NCBI RefSeq assembly: GCF_963921235.1
Contig: NC_086097.1
Coordinates: 114,950,001-115,014,000, forward strand
Direction of reading: 5' to 3'
DNA from: Mobula hypostoma
Lineage: Eukaryota
DNA length: 64,000 bases
The notes below the pieces were generated by a model. That model saw only the letters and a list, made by a program, of their open reading frames with translations, was not told the DNA's origin and searched no databases. Below, piece after piece: positions 52,650 through 64,000 of this stretch. Positions within the stretch are counted from its first letter, which is position 1. The number at the start of each line of letters is the position of its first letter. The position numbers and the translations under genes are program-made.

Positions 52650-54504
52650 TCAACCCTGCTCTGCTATCATCTCCTTCCGAGATAAAGACAAATCTTTCTG
52701 GTCAGACTTACCATCAAAATCCTGATCAAATAATGTAGGTAAGAAAGTTTCTGATACATCCTCAAAATTCGAATCTTGATTTGAACTGTCATGGGTAACA
52801 ACCTCGTCCTGTACATCAGTCTTTTTAGCTATAGCTCTTGTTACGACACAGGAAGAATCTGTGCTAGAATCCCTCTGTGTTTCCTCAGAATTTGAAATTA
52901 TTGTGAAATGCTCTTCAGGAAAAACTTGTCCACCTGCTAAATCATTCCCTAACAAAAGAGAAACATCATTCACAGGTAAACTGGATTGTAGTCCTACTTT
53001 AACAACCCCTGTAAATAATCCTGACCTTAAATTTACTCTATGTAAATGTACTGGCATAAGGACACTCCCAACTCCTCTTACATAACTTACCTCACCAAAG
53101 TAAGACTCATCACTAAACTTTAGCACACTGTCCAATATTAGTGATTGAGATTGTCCAGTATCCCTAAGTATTCTTATTGGTACTGAAATAGATCCTTCGT
53201 TCAAGGATACAAATCCTTATGTTATAAAAGTTTCATATCCCTTCTTAACTTGGTCAGACTCTGCCACATCTTCATTAGTATTTATCAAACTCTGTGAATT
53301 TACAGGTTTTTCAATATGCGGCACACAAGCATCTGGGACGGCTTCTTTCTCTTTCTTTTTCAATTGAAAGCAATTAGCTACTACATGTTCCGGTTTCTTA
53401 CAACAATTACAAATAATACTAAGATATCTTTCCTTCACATGTCTCCCTTCGTCCTGACTTTTCTCACTAACCTCAGGTTTAATTTTTGGTTTACCTTGAC
53501 TCTCTGTGCTATTTTTCCTCTTAAAAATTTTACCCAGAGAGAATTTATTCTTGTGAATTAAAACATACTCATCGGCTAATTTAGCAATCTCCTGCAATGT
53601 AGCAGTGTCCCGTTCATTTAAGTATGTTCTCACTTCAACAGGAATGTTTCTTTTAAATTCCTCCTGCAAAATCAATTCTTTCAATTTATTATACTCCCCA
53701 TTCACATTTTTAGAGGAAACCCATCTCTCAAAACACACAGATTTCTCATAGGCAAATTCCACATAAGTTTTTTCCACCGATTTCTTCAAATTTCTGAATC
53801 TTTCTTCCGGATCCATCTCATACGCCTTTAATATATGCTGCTTAACAATATCATAATCCAGTGCTTGCTCAGCATTTAAAGCTGTATAAACTTGTTGTGC
53901 TTTGCCTTTAATTACACTTTGTAACATCACTGGCCATTGGTCTTTCGGCCACTTTAAACTAGAGCAATAGTTTCAAAATGCTGGAAATATTTGTCCACTT
54001 CAGCTTCATTAAATGGAGGAGCCAAAATAACCTCACGACTAGCAATAAACTGTTTCTTAGAACCAGAAGACTGATTCCCAGACTTTAATTACTACATCTC
54101 TCGCTCAAATTTCCTCTGGTTTTCAGCTTCTCTTTCTTCAAATTCCCTTTTCTATAAGCCTCCCTAGCCTCAAATTCCTTCTGTTTATTTACAACTTCTA
54201 ACTGACTCTTTTCCAAATCAGCTTCTAATTGCTTTAACTTTATTTGTTCAAGATGTAACTGCATTTCCAGCTTACTCATTGGAAACTTACCTAACACCTC
54301 CTCATCAAACAATTTCAAATTAATATAATGCTCGGCGATTTTTCTTCGTATGAAAGCCTTGGTGGAATATTTCACAATTCCTTTAACATCCAAATTCCTA
54401 GCAATCTCCAATACCTCAGGTTTTCTCGCATTCGCTAAAGACCCCAAGTCAGGCGTTTCCATAAACCCGTCAATATTCATTATTACAACACACACAACAA
54501 TCAA
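52650..54504 (-). pseudogene. Gag (SCAN-like capsid region, CCHC knuckle) and aspartic protease, frameshifted
   Basis: LKELILQEEFKRNIPVEVRTYL; CNCCKKPEHVVANC; protease ILRDTGQSQSLI and LLGND. Confidence 0.88.
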
Positions 54505-54578
54505 ACCAAAAGAAATCGGATATTTCCCTTTTCCAAATCAAAATGGTAATTACCAGCACTTACACTCAAAATTGGAAC

Positions 54579-54596
54579 ATCTCCCGTGAGCCCCCA
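54579..54596 (-). promoter_or_regulatory. Primer-binding site, tRNA-Pro-like
   Basis: TGGGGGCTCACGGGAGAT versus the tRNA-Pro complement TGGGGGCTCGTCCGGGAT, 7 nt inside the 5' LTR. Confidence 0.75.
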
Positions 54597-54603
54597 CAGA
54601 TTA

Positions 54604-55466
54604 TGTTACGTAACCGGCAATGATGACTATCAATCGAGACAGGTTATATAAAAACAACCAAACATTTATTAAACACGGATAAACGATAAAAAAAAACAAA
54701 CGAAATATTTAACCGGAAGTTAACCGTTATGCAGCCGTTCAACAAATTGTCACTCAGCACTGGTTCTTAAAGCGTTAAATGCAAAAACAGTTCTTAAAGC
54801 GATAAAGTCAGATATAGTTCTTAAAATGGTAAATTCAAAAGTCCAACAGATTTATACGTTCAATTGGGAGAAACTTCTTTGGAGAAGGATTTCCTCATAG
54901 ACACGTTCTGAAGGATTCACAATGCAGTAAATAAACAGTTTAAAACAACTGACCTTAAATTCTTTTAGAGAGAGCAAACCTTTGCATGAACTCTTTACTC
55001 TTTTGGCAAGAGTTATCTTGATGCAGGTCGCTTCTCCTTCAATGAAGACTCAATAAGGTCGATCCTTTGTTAAACTGCCGAACGATACTGACCCCTCTCA
55101 ATCCTTCGATCCTATACTTCAATAAAGTCTTCACTCTCCCTTCTACTGCTGGAATAGGGTAAATCAGCACATCTAGCCAAAAAATTCCAGTCCAGTAATA
55201 TTGTATCTTGCAACAGAATGCACAGCCGTTTCAAAAATGAAACTGCATCACAAAAACAAACACGCAACAGAAACAGAGACAGAGCTCGTTCTACCTGGAA
55301 ATCTAAAAACTAAATACTCACTGCGTCATCTGGGGTCTACCCTTATATACCCGTGGTGCACATGTCATCACATGACCTCACATCGGCAGGAAAATTACAT
55401 CAGGTGACCTCCAAAAGACTATTACATCATTCTCAAAAAAAAACACAGATCTCGAGGCATGTAACA
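54604..55466 (-). repeat. 5' LTR
   Basis: TGTTACGTAACC...GCATGTAACA. Confidence 0.93.
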
Positions 55467-55554
55467 ATACACATTAATGTATATACATGCATGCATATTT
55501 GCTCCTCTCATCACTAATATACAAATTAGATAGATGAGGGAAGCAAACTAATGT

Positions 55555-56140
55555 GGTTCAAAGTTCAAATTTTAAAGTAAAATTTATTATAAGAGTACAT
55601 ACACGTCACCACGTACAACTCTGAGATTTTTTTTCCTGCAGGCATACTTAGCAAATCTATAGAACAGTAACCATAAACAGGATCAATGAACAACAAACAG
55701 TGAAAATGCAAATATAAATAAATAGCAATAAATAACAAGCATGAAATAACAAGATAAAAAGTGCTTAAAGTGAAACCATTGGCTGAGGGAACACCAGAAA
55801 TTGAATGAGTGTAGATATCTTCTTTTGTTCAGGAGCCTGATGGTTGGTGGTGGCAACTGTTCTTGAACCTAGTGGTACAAGTCCTGAGCACTTTTCTCTT
55901 CTGCCTGATGGCAGCAGTGAGAAAAAAGCACGGCCAGGGTGGTGAGGATCTTTGATGATGGATGCTGCTTTTCTATGGCAAAGTTTCATGTAGTCGTGCT
56001 CAATGGTTGGGAGGGCTTTTCCCGAAATGTACTGGGCCGAATCCATTACCTTTTGTAGGATTTTCTGGTCAAAGGAATTGGTATTCCATATCAGGCTGTC
56101 ATGCAGACAGTCAGTACATTTCCAACCACACACCTATAGA
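55555..56140 (-). mobile_element. Rex1/Babar-type LINE 3' fragment (related pieces at about 56900-57405 and 61000-61405, +)
   Basis: CHRKAASIIKDPHHPGRAFFSLLPSGRR; (TTTGAAC)-type tail. Confidence 0.8.
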
Positions 56141-58303
56141 AGGTTTTTGATGGTTCATCTGGATTTTCAGGAAGCTTTCTATATAGTGCTAGATAGGTTT
56201 GTGAGCAGGAGACAGAGGACTCCATGGTAAGATAGGGTTCGCTCAAATCAGCACAAACCTACCCCAGTCAGTGGCTGCTCATGTCCCCATGCTGGGGTAC
56301 TGCATTAACAACCATCCCATAGCCTCCAGGAAGGGCAACAGATGGAGATTTTGAAAAAAGAGGAAATACATCATGTCGATAAGGTATGTGGGCACTGAAG
56401 CTTGATGTTGCAAATCACCTACTTGCTTATTGTACTCACAATGGTCGAGAAAAAGCTGGAAAAGGTATCTGTGAAACAGTATAAATTCATGAAAAACTGT
56501 AGATCAGGGAGCATTTACTCCAGCATGAGAGACTTCCAACATTGACGTCTGATAGTGATAAGGAATGTTATGAAAATAATCCCAGACTCCTAGTGAAATT
56601 TTCCATCTACAAGGTTGCTGCACAATGTTAGAATATGTGAAATTGGGATTTTATACTTACACAAATTGAGAATTAATTAAAAGATTGCAAAGAGCACATA
56701 TAAACAAGTCTTCATCAAGTTGGTAGGCTGTGAATAGTGGAATGCCACAGTATTTTGTTGCTGGGAACTATTCACCTTCTAGATCAATAAATTGGAGGAG
56801 TAGACCAAGCTATCACGTTTCTAAATTTTCACTGAATGGGAATGTAAATGCACATGAGCGCATCGGCGGTCAATATTGAACCTGCACTGCTGGAGCTGAA
56901 AAGCAGAATCCATCATCAGGGTCCCCTTACCACCCAGGAAATGCTCTCTTCTCAATGCTGCCATCAGGAAAAAGGCATAGGGGCCTCAAGACCCACATCA
57001 CCAGGTTCAGGAACAGTTATTACCCTTCAACCTTCAAGCTCTTGAACCAGAGGGGATAACTTCACTCAAACCAATATTATGCTGTTCTCATAACCTATAG
57101 ACTCACATTTAAGGACTCTTCATCTCATGTTCTTGGTATTTATTGCTTGCTTGCTTGCTTGCTTGCTTATTTATTTATTTATTTGTTTGTTTGTTTGTTT
57201 ATTTATTATTTTGTTTTATTTTAAATTGCAGTTTGTTGTGTTTTGCACATCGATTTTCTATTTCCTTGTGTGCAGTTCTGTATTGATTCTGTTGTGTTTC
57301 TTTGTATTTACTGTGAATGCCCACAAGAAAATGAACCTGAGTCATGTACAGTAATACTTTATTAATAAATATTATTACCTTTGAAAATAAATTTACTTTG
57401 AACTTTAAAGAGACACCTGATAATCAGCATAGACTTGGTAGACAGAAGGGCCTATGTGCTTCTTGTAGGACTCCCTGACCGTCAGAACTATGAGTTAAAC
57501 AGGACTGAACAACATGTCAATAGACAGAAATTTAAAAAAAGATTCTTTGCAGCAATCTTCAGGTGCTGAGATGTAAGCTAAAAACATGAAAAGTCACAAG
57601 AAAAATTAAACAGAATACAGCTTCAAAAGTCGAGGTAGGTGAAGCAGAAGAGGACAGAAGATTTTCAGAAGGTCAGGTAGCTTACAAAGAGATAGAAACA
57701 GTTCACTTTACAGGTCAGTTGCCTTTAATCAGAATTGGAAATGTGAGAGAACAAATATATAAGTTGTGGAGAAGGAGGAATAGAGAGCTCAAAGAGAATA
57801 TTTTTAAGTGGGAAGAGACCCAAACAATCTGGATGACACAGTTGCCATTGTTGATGGATGAAAATGACGAGAAAATAGAAGTTTAAGGTCATCCTCACAG
57901 ACTGAAAGGGGTGTTAAACACTTACTTTCTCTAAGGTAAAGGATCCCACACAATGAGCACAGTTGCACTGCTCTAGACTGGAAGGAGTGCTCGTGAATTG
58001 TGGCTTCACCTGGAGGCGACTTTTGGTCTCGAGTGATGGGAAGATAAGAGCTAAAAGAACAGTCGAATTGAGAAAGGTCTTAGGAAGGGAGCGGTAACTG
58101 CGGGGATGCAGGAGAGAGTCGGAGTTCTGCAGTGAATTTCAGAGGGGAGACTTACAAGGTCGATACAGGAAATGCTGGAGACATGGTGGACCAAATTCAT
58201 TACAAATTAACAAAGAAGACAGAACAGTATTGCTTAGTATGTGCCCTTCGACCACAGATGTCGTGCAGGCCTACAGTATAAAAACGTACTCCATAATCAA
58301 TCT

Positions 58304-59511
58304 CGCAAACACAAGGAAATCTGCAGATGCTGGAAATTCAAGCAACACACACAAAAAATGCTGGTGAACACAGCAGGCCGGACAGTATCTATAGGAAGAG
58401 GTACAGTCGACGTTTCGGGCTGAGACCTTTCGTCAGGACTAACTGAAAGAAGAGATAGTAAGATATTTGAAAGTGGGAGGGGGAGGGGGAGATCCGAAAT
58501 GATAGGAGAAGACAGGAGGGGGAGGGATGGAACCCCCTTCAACGGGATCCCACCACTAAGCACATCTTTCCCTCCCTCCCCCTCTCTGCTTTCCGCAGGG
58601 ATTGCTCCCTACCGACTCCCCTATCCATTCACCCCCCCCCATCCCTTCCCACCGATCTCCCTCCTGGCACTTATCCTTGTAAGCAGAACAAGTACTACAC
58701 ATGCCCTTACACTTCTTCCCTTACCATCATTCAGGGACCCAGACAGTCTTTCCAGGTGAGGCGACACTTCACTTGTGAATTGGCTGGGGTGATATACTGC
58801 GTCCGGTCCTCTCATTGTGGCCTTCTATATATTGGCGTGACCCGACGCAGACTGGGAGATCGTTTCACTGAACACCTACGCTCGGTCCGCCAGAGAAAGC
58901 AGGATCTCCCAGTGGCCACACATTTTAATTCCATGTCCCATTCACATTCTGATATGTCTATCCACTGCCTCCTCTACTGTAAAGATGAAGCCACACTCAG
59001 GTTGGAGGAACAACACCTTATATTCCGTCTGGGTAGCCTTCAACCTGATGGCATGAACCTTGACTTCTCTAATTTCTTTTAATGCTCCACCTCCCCTTCC
59101 TACCACATCCCTTATTTATTTATTTGTTTGTTTGTTTGTTTGTTTGTTTGTTTGTTTATTTATTATTTTTTCTCTCTCTTTTCTCCCTCTGTCCCTCTCA
59201 CAATAACTCCTTACCCATCCTCTGGGCTCCCCTACCCCTTTCTTTCTCCTGAGGCATCCCGTCCCATGATCCTCTCCCTTCTCCAGCCTCGTATCCCTTT
59301 TGCCAATCAACTTTCCAGCTCTTAGCTCCATCCCTCCCCCTCCTGTTTTCTCCTATCATTTTGGATCTCCCTTCCCTCGCCCACTTTCAAATCTCTTACT
59401 ATCTCTCTTTCAGTTAGTCCTGACGAAGGGTCTCGGCCCAAAATGTCGACCGTACCTCTTCCTATAGATGCTGCCTGGTCTGTTGCATTCACCAGCACTT
59501 TTTGTGTGTGT
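58304..59511 (+). mobile_element. Penelope-like element with inverted pLTRs and GIY-YIG remnant
   Basis: 58304-58531 is a reverse-orientation copy of the pLTR at about 59327-59511; GVIYCVRSSHCGLLYIGVTRRRLGDRFTEH; 14-bp TSD TCCA(T/C)AATCAATCT. Confidence 0.93.
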
Positions 59512-59792
59512 TCCACAATCAATCTAATCCTTCTCTCCTACACAGGCCATAGTCTCTCAATTTTCTTACATCTATGTGTTTCCAAGAATCTTTGAAATAT
59601 TCCAATGATATCAACCTCTACCACATCCATGGGCAGTGCTTTCCAGGCTCCAATCTCTGTGTAAAATAATTCTCACCTCTGATATCTTTCCCAGACTTTC
59701 CACTGCACACCTTAAATTGCTATCTTTGGTTTTGGCATTTGCCACTCTGAGAAAAAGGTAATGACTATCCATTCTAACCATGACTCTCATAT

Positions 59793-60198
59793 TAGAAACA
59801 TAGAAAACCTACAGCACAATACAGGCCCTTCTGCCCACAATGCTGAGCCAAACATATACTTACTTTAGAAATTACCTAGGGTTACCCATAGCCCTCTATT
59901 TTTCTAAGCACTGTGTAACATGCTTTTTGAGAATAAGTTGAGTGAACTAGGCCTTTTCTCCTTGGAGCGATGGAGGATGAGAGGTGACCTGACAGAGGTG
60001 TATAAGATGATGAGAGGCATTGATCATTGGATAGCCAGGTGCTTTTTCACAGCGCTGAAATGGCTAGCATGAGAGGGTACAGTTTTAAGGTGTTCGGAAG
60101 TAGGTGCAGAGAGAGATGTCAGGGGTAAGATTTTATGCAGAGAGTGGTGAATGCATGGAATGGGCTGCCGGCGGCGATGGAAATGATAGGGTCTTTTA
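59793..60198 (-). mobile_element. Short CR1 with an inverted 5' segment
   Basis: 59793-59915 is the reverse of about 29490-29611; 59917-60198 is a forward copy of about 29189-29470. Confidence 0.85.
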
Positions 60199-62172
60199 CA
60201 AGTTTTGAACCAAATCATTGATTGTCCATTTTCCTCCAGAGATTCTGCCTGACCCACCAAGTTCCTCTAGCATCTTGTTGTTTTTTCCTTCCAGGATCTA
60301 ACATCTGCTATCTCATGTCTCCATGAGAAAACCACATAGGCTGCATACAGTTTTCTGGTTCATAGGAACAGAGTAGTAAAGGATTCTTTGTTCCATAGTT
60401 TTAAGGATTTACAAATTTCATCACAAAAGCCAAGGAACGTATATAAAATAATTTATTGTATGTGAAATATTGAAGATTCATCTTGATGGAAGCAAGTTAC
60501 AATAGGACTCAGACAACCCACACCCTAGGGACTTTGACAGTGCCAGACGAGCAGCTTTTATGGACTATAGGATGTTACTCCCACTCATATCAACATATAC
60601 TTTTATAAATTAGTGCTGTATACATATTGCACACTGTTGTAATAATTAGCGAATCTGGTGAGTTTAAGGGCTATGGACATACTCAAGTTCTCTAAATCCT
60701 GACTCTGGCTACAAGCCACTCCATGTTTCTGATCCCAATGTTACAGACCCCAATCCCAGCTCCAGGATCATAGAAAGCTCCAGCTCTGACTGCACTCCTT
60801 CCCTACACTGCTAATTACAACTCATGCTCCAGGCAAACATGTGAGTCAGGTATGGAACTACCAGAAGTCCCAAGCAAGCAGATGCTGGATTATCAAAGTT
60901 CCTTAAAGTATATTAACATATATATGCAGAATACTCCTAAAACAGAGAACGGTATTGCTACTATTTAGATTAACTACTAAACTGAAGTATTGTAGTCATT
61001 CTGAATGTGGTAAGAACACTACCCAACCTGCAAAATACCTTTCCCAACAGCTCCCTTCTGGAAAAGGCTATAAGGCTATTAGGGCCATCTTAAAAGTTTC
61101 TACCCCAAGGCAGTTAATCTAATCGACCATCATGTAAAATAGAAGCGGTTTCCCCCCCAACCCCCTCTATTTATTACCCCTGTCACTGCACTGCAGAAGC
61201 TTTAAACTTTTTATAATGCTGCTTACATTGTAAATAACCTGCTAGTATTTAATACAGTACATAATTCTTTATTTCCATATAATTCTTTATTCTTTAAAAT
61301 TGTTGAATGTTGTTTTTGTTGCATGTTACGCTAACACACCACAACAAATTCCAAATTCCTAATATATGTAAACGTATATGGTGAATAAAGTTGATCCTTG
61401 ATCTTGTTACTGATCCCACCACAGGCTTTTGTCAGGACACTTCCATTTTACCAGTCATTAAGACTGTTCAAAGCCTTTAATTGCAGTCTCACTTGTTACT
61501 TGCTCGTGAGACACCCATCAGATGCAGATGGTTAAAACATCTGTCCTTGGTAAAAGAAATCCAAGTTGCCAGGGCCAATTAGCATCGTCTGGACAGTGGG
61601 ATGTTTCCAGGATGTTCCAGCACAATGAATTTGGGAGCCTCATCCATATTGTACAAATCCTCTGTGGCCACAGTAAACTCTGTCTCCGAGCTCCATGTAC
61701 CCCTCTCTTCATATTCTCAAAATGGATGTCAATCACTTCAACCATTTTTAGCCTGGATCCTCTTCTCTCAATTCCTCTGCCATATTGTACAGAAAAATGT
61801 GGCACATCTAGTGAAGTGACCCAGCTTCACATCTGAACCCAAGATGCTGTCGTTGTAGAGTTTGCAAGTTCTCCCTGTGATGATGTGGAACCCATGTTGC
61901 TGGCGCTGTCATAGTGCAAGGCTTATCACTACGCTACCATGCCACCCCACCTACAGAGACTTTCAAAAGTTCTGAATGTTACTCAATGCTTTGCATCAGT
62001 TTTGTTTTTAAGTTTAGTCACTATTCTAATGCAGGAAGCAATTTCACACAATAAGTCACCAAGACGAGATTAAATACAGATCAGATAATTTGTTTCAATG
62101 GTGCTTATAGGAGGAGAAATATTAACCATAATTCCCTAAGGGCAGCACAGTAGCATAGTGGGAATAAATTGC

Positions 62173-62952
62173 TGTGTTATATTACATTTTGTAAAACGTT
62201 GAATGAATGTCTGAACTGTTCAAAATGACAATTTAACTCTTTGTAACCTTACAGCATTTAGTGTGTCTGTACAAGGTATATACTGTTGTTCTATTAATGT
62301 CTGCAGCTGGATTCTTTCTTAGTCTCAGGCATCATTAACATGAAAAAGTCTGCCAATGACTAAATATCTGTTGTTCCCTTTGAGAGCTAAATTGATGGAT
62401 TCCTTTTTGGGTTCAGGCTTATCGCTTATGTAACATTAATATTGTTTTGTATGTCAGAATGTTAGGTCCAAACCAGTGGCAGATTGATGGATAAGAAGTG
62501 ACCCATTAGAGTGTCTAATTGATTTATAAGGGTATGGTGACCAATATGTTAATGAGCCCATGTATTGTTTGAATGAAAGAAAGGCATGAGAACAAAAGAT
62601 CAAAGAATTTATCTGTCTCTGTATGTCCCTCTGTGCTTATGATATTCATATGTACTGGGGGACCTTCCCTGGGTTTGTTGGACTTCACAACCAGTGCCTC
62701 GGACCCAGAGGTGGCTTCATGAGCGAGTCCGAATTCAGAGATTCCCGGACAACAGCGACAATCAAGTGGTGACTAAGAATTGAGAGCCCTGAAATATCTG
62801 TGGAAATTTTTGTGGCATTCTGTGTTGTTTATTTGTGCTTTCTGTTTTATGACAATAAATTAGCCTTAAGTTACTTTGTTATACTTGTACACTTACTACC
62901 ACATCTCGTGGACACCCGAATTGTTTGGGTCTGACCAACTCAGCCCATTACA
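62173..62952 (+). mobile_element. Solo LTR, family unassigned
   Basis: TG...CA, 780 bp, perfect 5-bp TSD ATTGC (62168-62172 and 62953-62957); TATA-like TTTATAA at about 62523 and AATAAA at 62854-62859. Confidence 0.7.
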
Positions 62953-62979
62953 ATTGCTTCACCGAGTAACACATATAAA

Positions 62980-63459
62980 GACCATAAGACCATAAGACAA
63001 AGGAGCAGAAGGCAGCCATTCGGCCCATCGAGTCTGCTCCGCCATTTTATCATGAGCTGATCCATTCTTCCATTTGGTCCCACTCCCCCGCCTTCTCACC
63101 ATAACCTTTGATGCCCTGGCTACTCAGATACCTATCAATCTCTGCCTTAAATACACCCAATGACTTGGCCTCCATCGCCGCCTGTGGCAACAAATTCCAT
63201 AGATTCACCACCCTCTGACTAAAAAAATTTCTTCGCATTTCTGTTCTGAATGGGCGCCCTTCAATCCTTAAGTCATGCCCTCTTGTACTAGACTCCCCCA
63301 TAACGGGAAACAACTTTGCCACATCCACTCTGTCTATGCCTTTCAACATTCGAAATGTTTCTGTGAGGTCTCCCCTCATTCTTCTAAACTCCAAGGAATA
63401 CAGTACAAGAGCGGACAAACGTTTCTCATATGTTAACCCTCTCATTCCCGGAATCATGC
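62980..63459 (-). mobile_element. CR1 3' fragment inserted into a pLTR remnant
   Basis: Open RT C-terminus (YSLEFRRMRGDL...NFFSQRVVNLWN); reverse tail AAGACCAT repeats. Confidence 0.92.
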
Positions 63460-64000
63460 TAAAATGCGAGAACAAGTCAGCAGGTCAGGCAGCATTAATG
63501 AAAAGGAATAAACAGATGACATTTTAGGCCAAGACCCTTCATATGGACTACTTTACAATGCCAGCTTTCACCGATCGGGATCCTGTTTCTGCCTGTAAGG
63601 AGAACATAAATACATTTTCCCATGACCACGTGTGTTTCCTCCAAGTGTTCCAGTTTCCTCCCACATTCCAAAGGAGTAGTTAGGGTTCGTGAGTTTCTAG
63701 CATGTCATGTTGGCATCGGAAACATGCTAACACTTGTGGGCAGCCCAGCATAATCCTCGCTGATTTGATTTGATGCAAGCCATGTGTTTCAAAGTACATG
63801 TGACACATAAGGCACATCTTAAGCCCTGCCTGAAATAGTGCATTAGTATCGTTACATAGTTGAGGGGCACACAAGATGTTGATTTAATAAGTTATTTGTT
63901 ATATGGCACCTCCAACGAAGCAGCACTTCTCCAATCCTGTGCAGGAATGTCATGCTGGATGGGTTGACATCACTGATGTGTGTAACTTAAAAGAAACACA

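Larger units (their letters stand above)
48670..55466 (-). mobile_element. Gmr1-type Ty3/Gypsy LTR retrotransposon, complete structure, disabled
   Basis: Two LTRs, PBS, PPT, approximate 4-bp TSD TTAC / ATAC; gag-PR-IN-RT-RH order. Confidence 0.95.

Noticed and set aside
57127..57354. Hydrophobic ORFs at 57127-57354 and 59128-59325
   Set aside because: They arise from (TTGC)/(TTTA)/(TTTG) microsatellites in retroelement UTRs.

Overview
Eukaryotic, repeat-saturated intronic or intergenic DNA. The repeat mix (esterase-ORF1 CR1 LINEs with octamer tails, HE1/V-SINE-like SINEs, Penelope-like elements, Rex1/Babar, Tx1) points to a cartilaginous fish; this is inference, not a database result. There is no prokaryotic system, CRISPR array or intact host gene. 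Most of the window is nested mobile DNA: about 12 CR1 copies (two near full length, all disabled); many Penelope-like pieces carrying minimal hammerhead-ribozyme motifs; a two-LTR Gmr1-type Gypsy provirus with PR-IN-RT-RH order (48670-55466, minus); a broken sushi-like Gypsy; a solo LTR with a perfect 5-bp TSD; Tc1, Tigger and two hAT-type DNA transposons; and a very short tRNA-derived SINE with trinucleotide tails. One candidate host exon (44879-45100, minus) has a CAG|ATAAGT donor, one base from consensus. Most notable: the hammerhead repertoire including an inverted-pLTR element, the Gmr1 provirus with an LTR-specific 74-bp triplication, a CR1 with a twin-priming-type inversion, chimeric hAT MITEs, and the orphan exon. 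Boundaries of degraded repeats are approximate.
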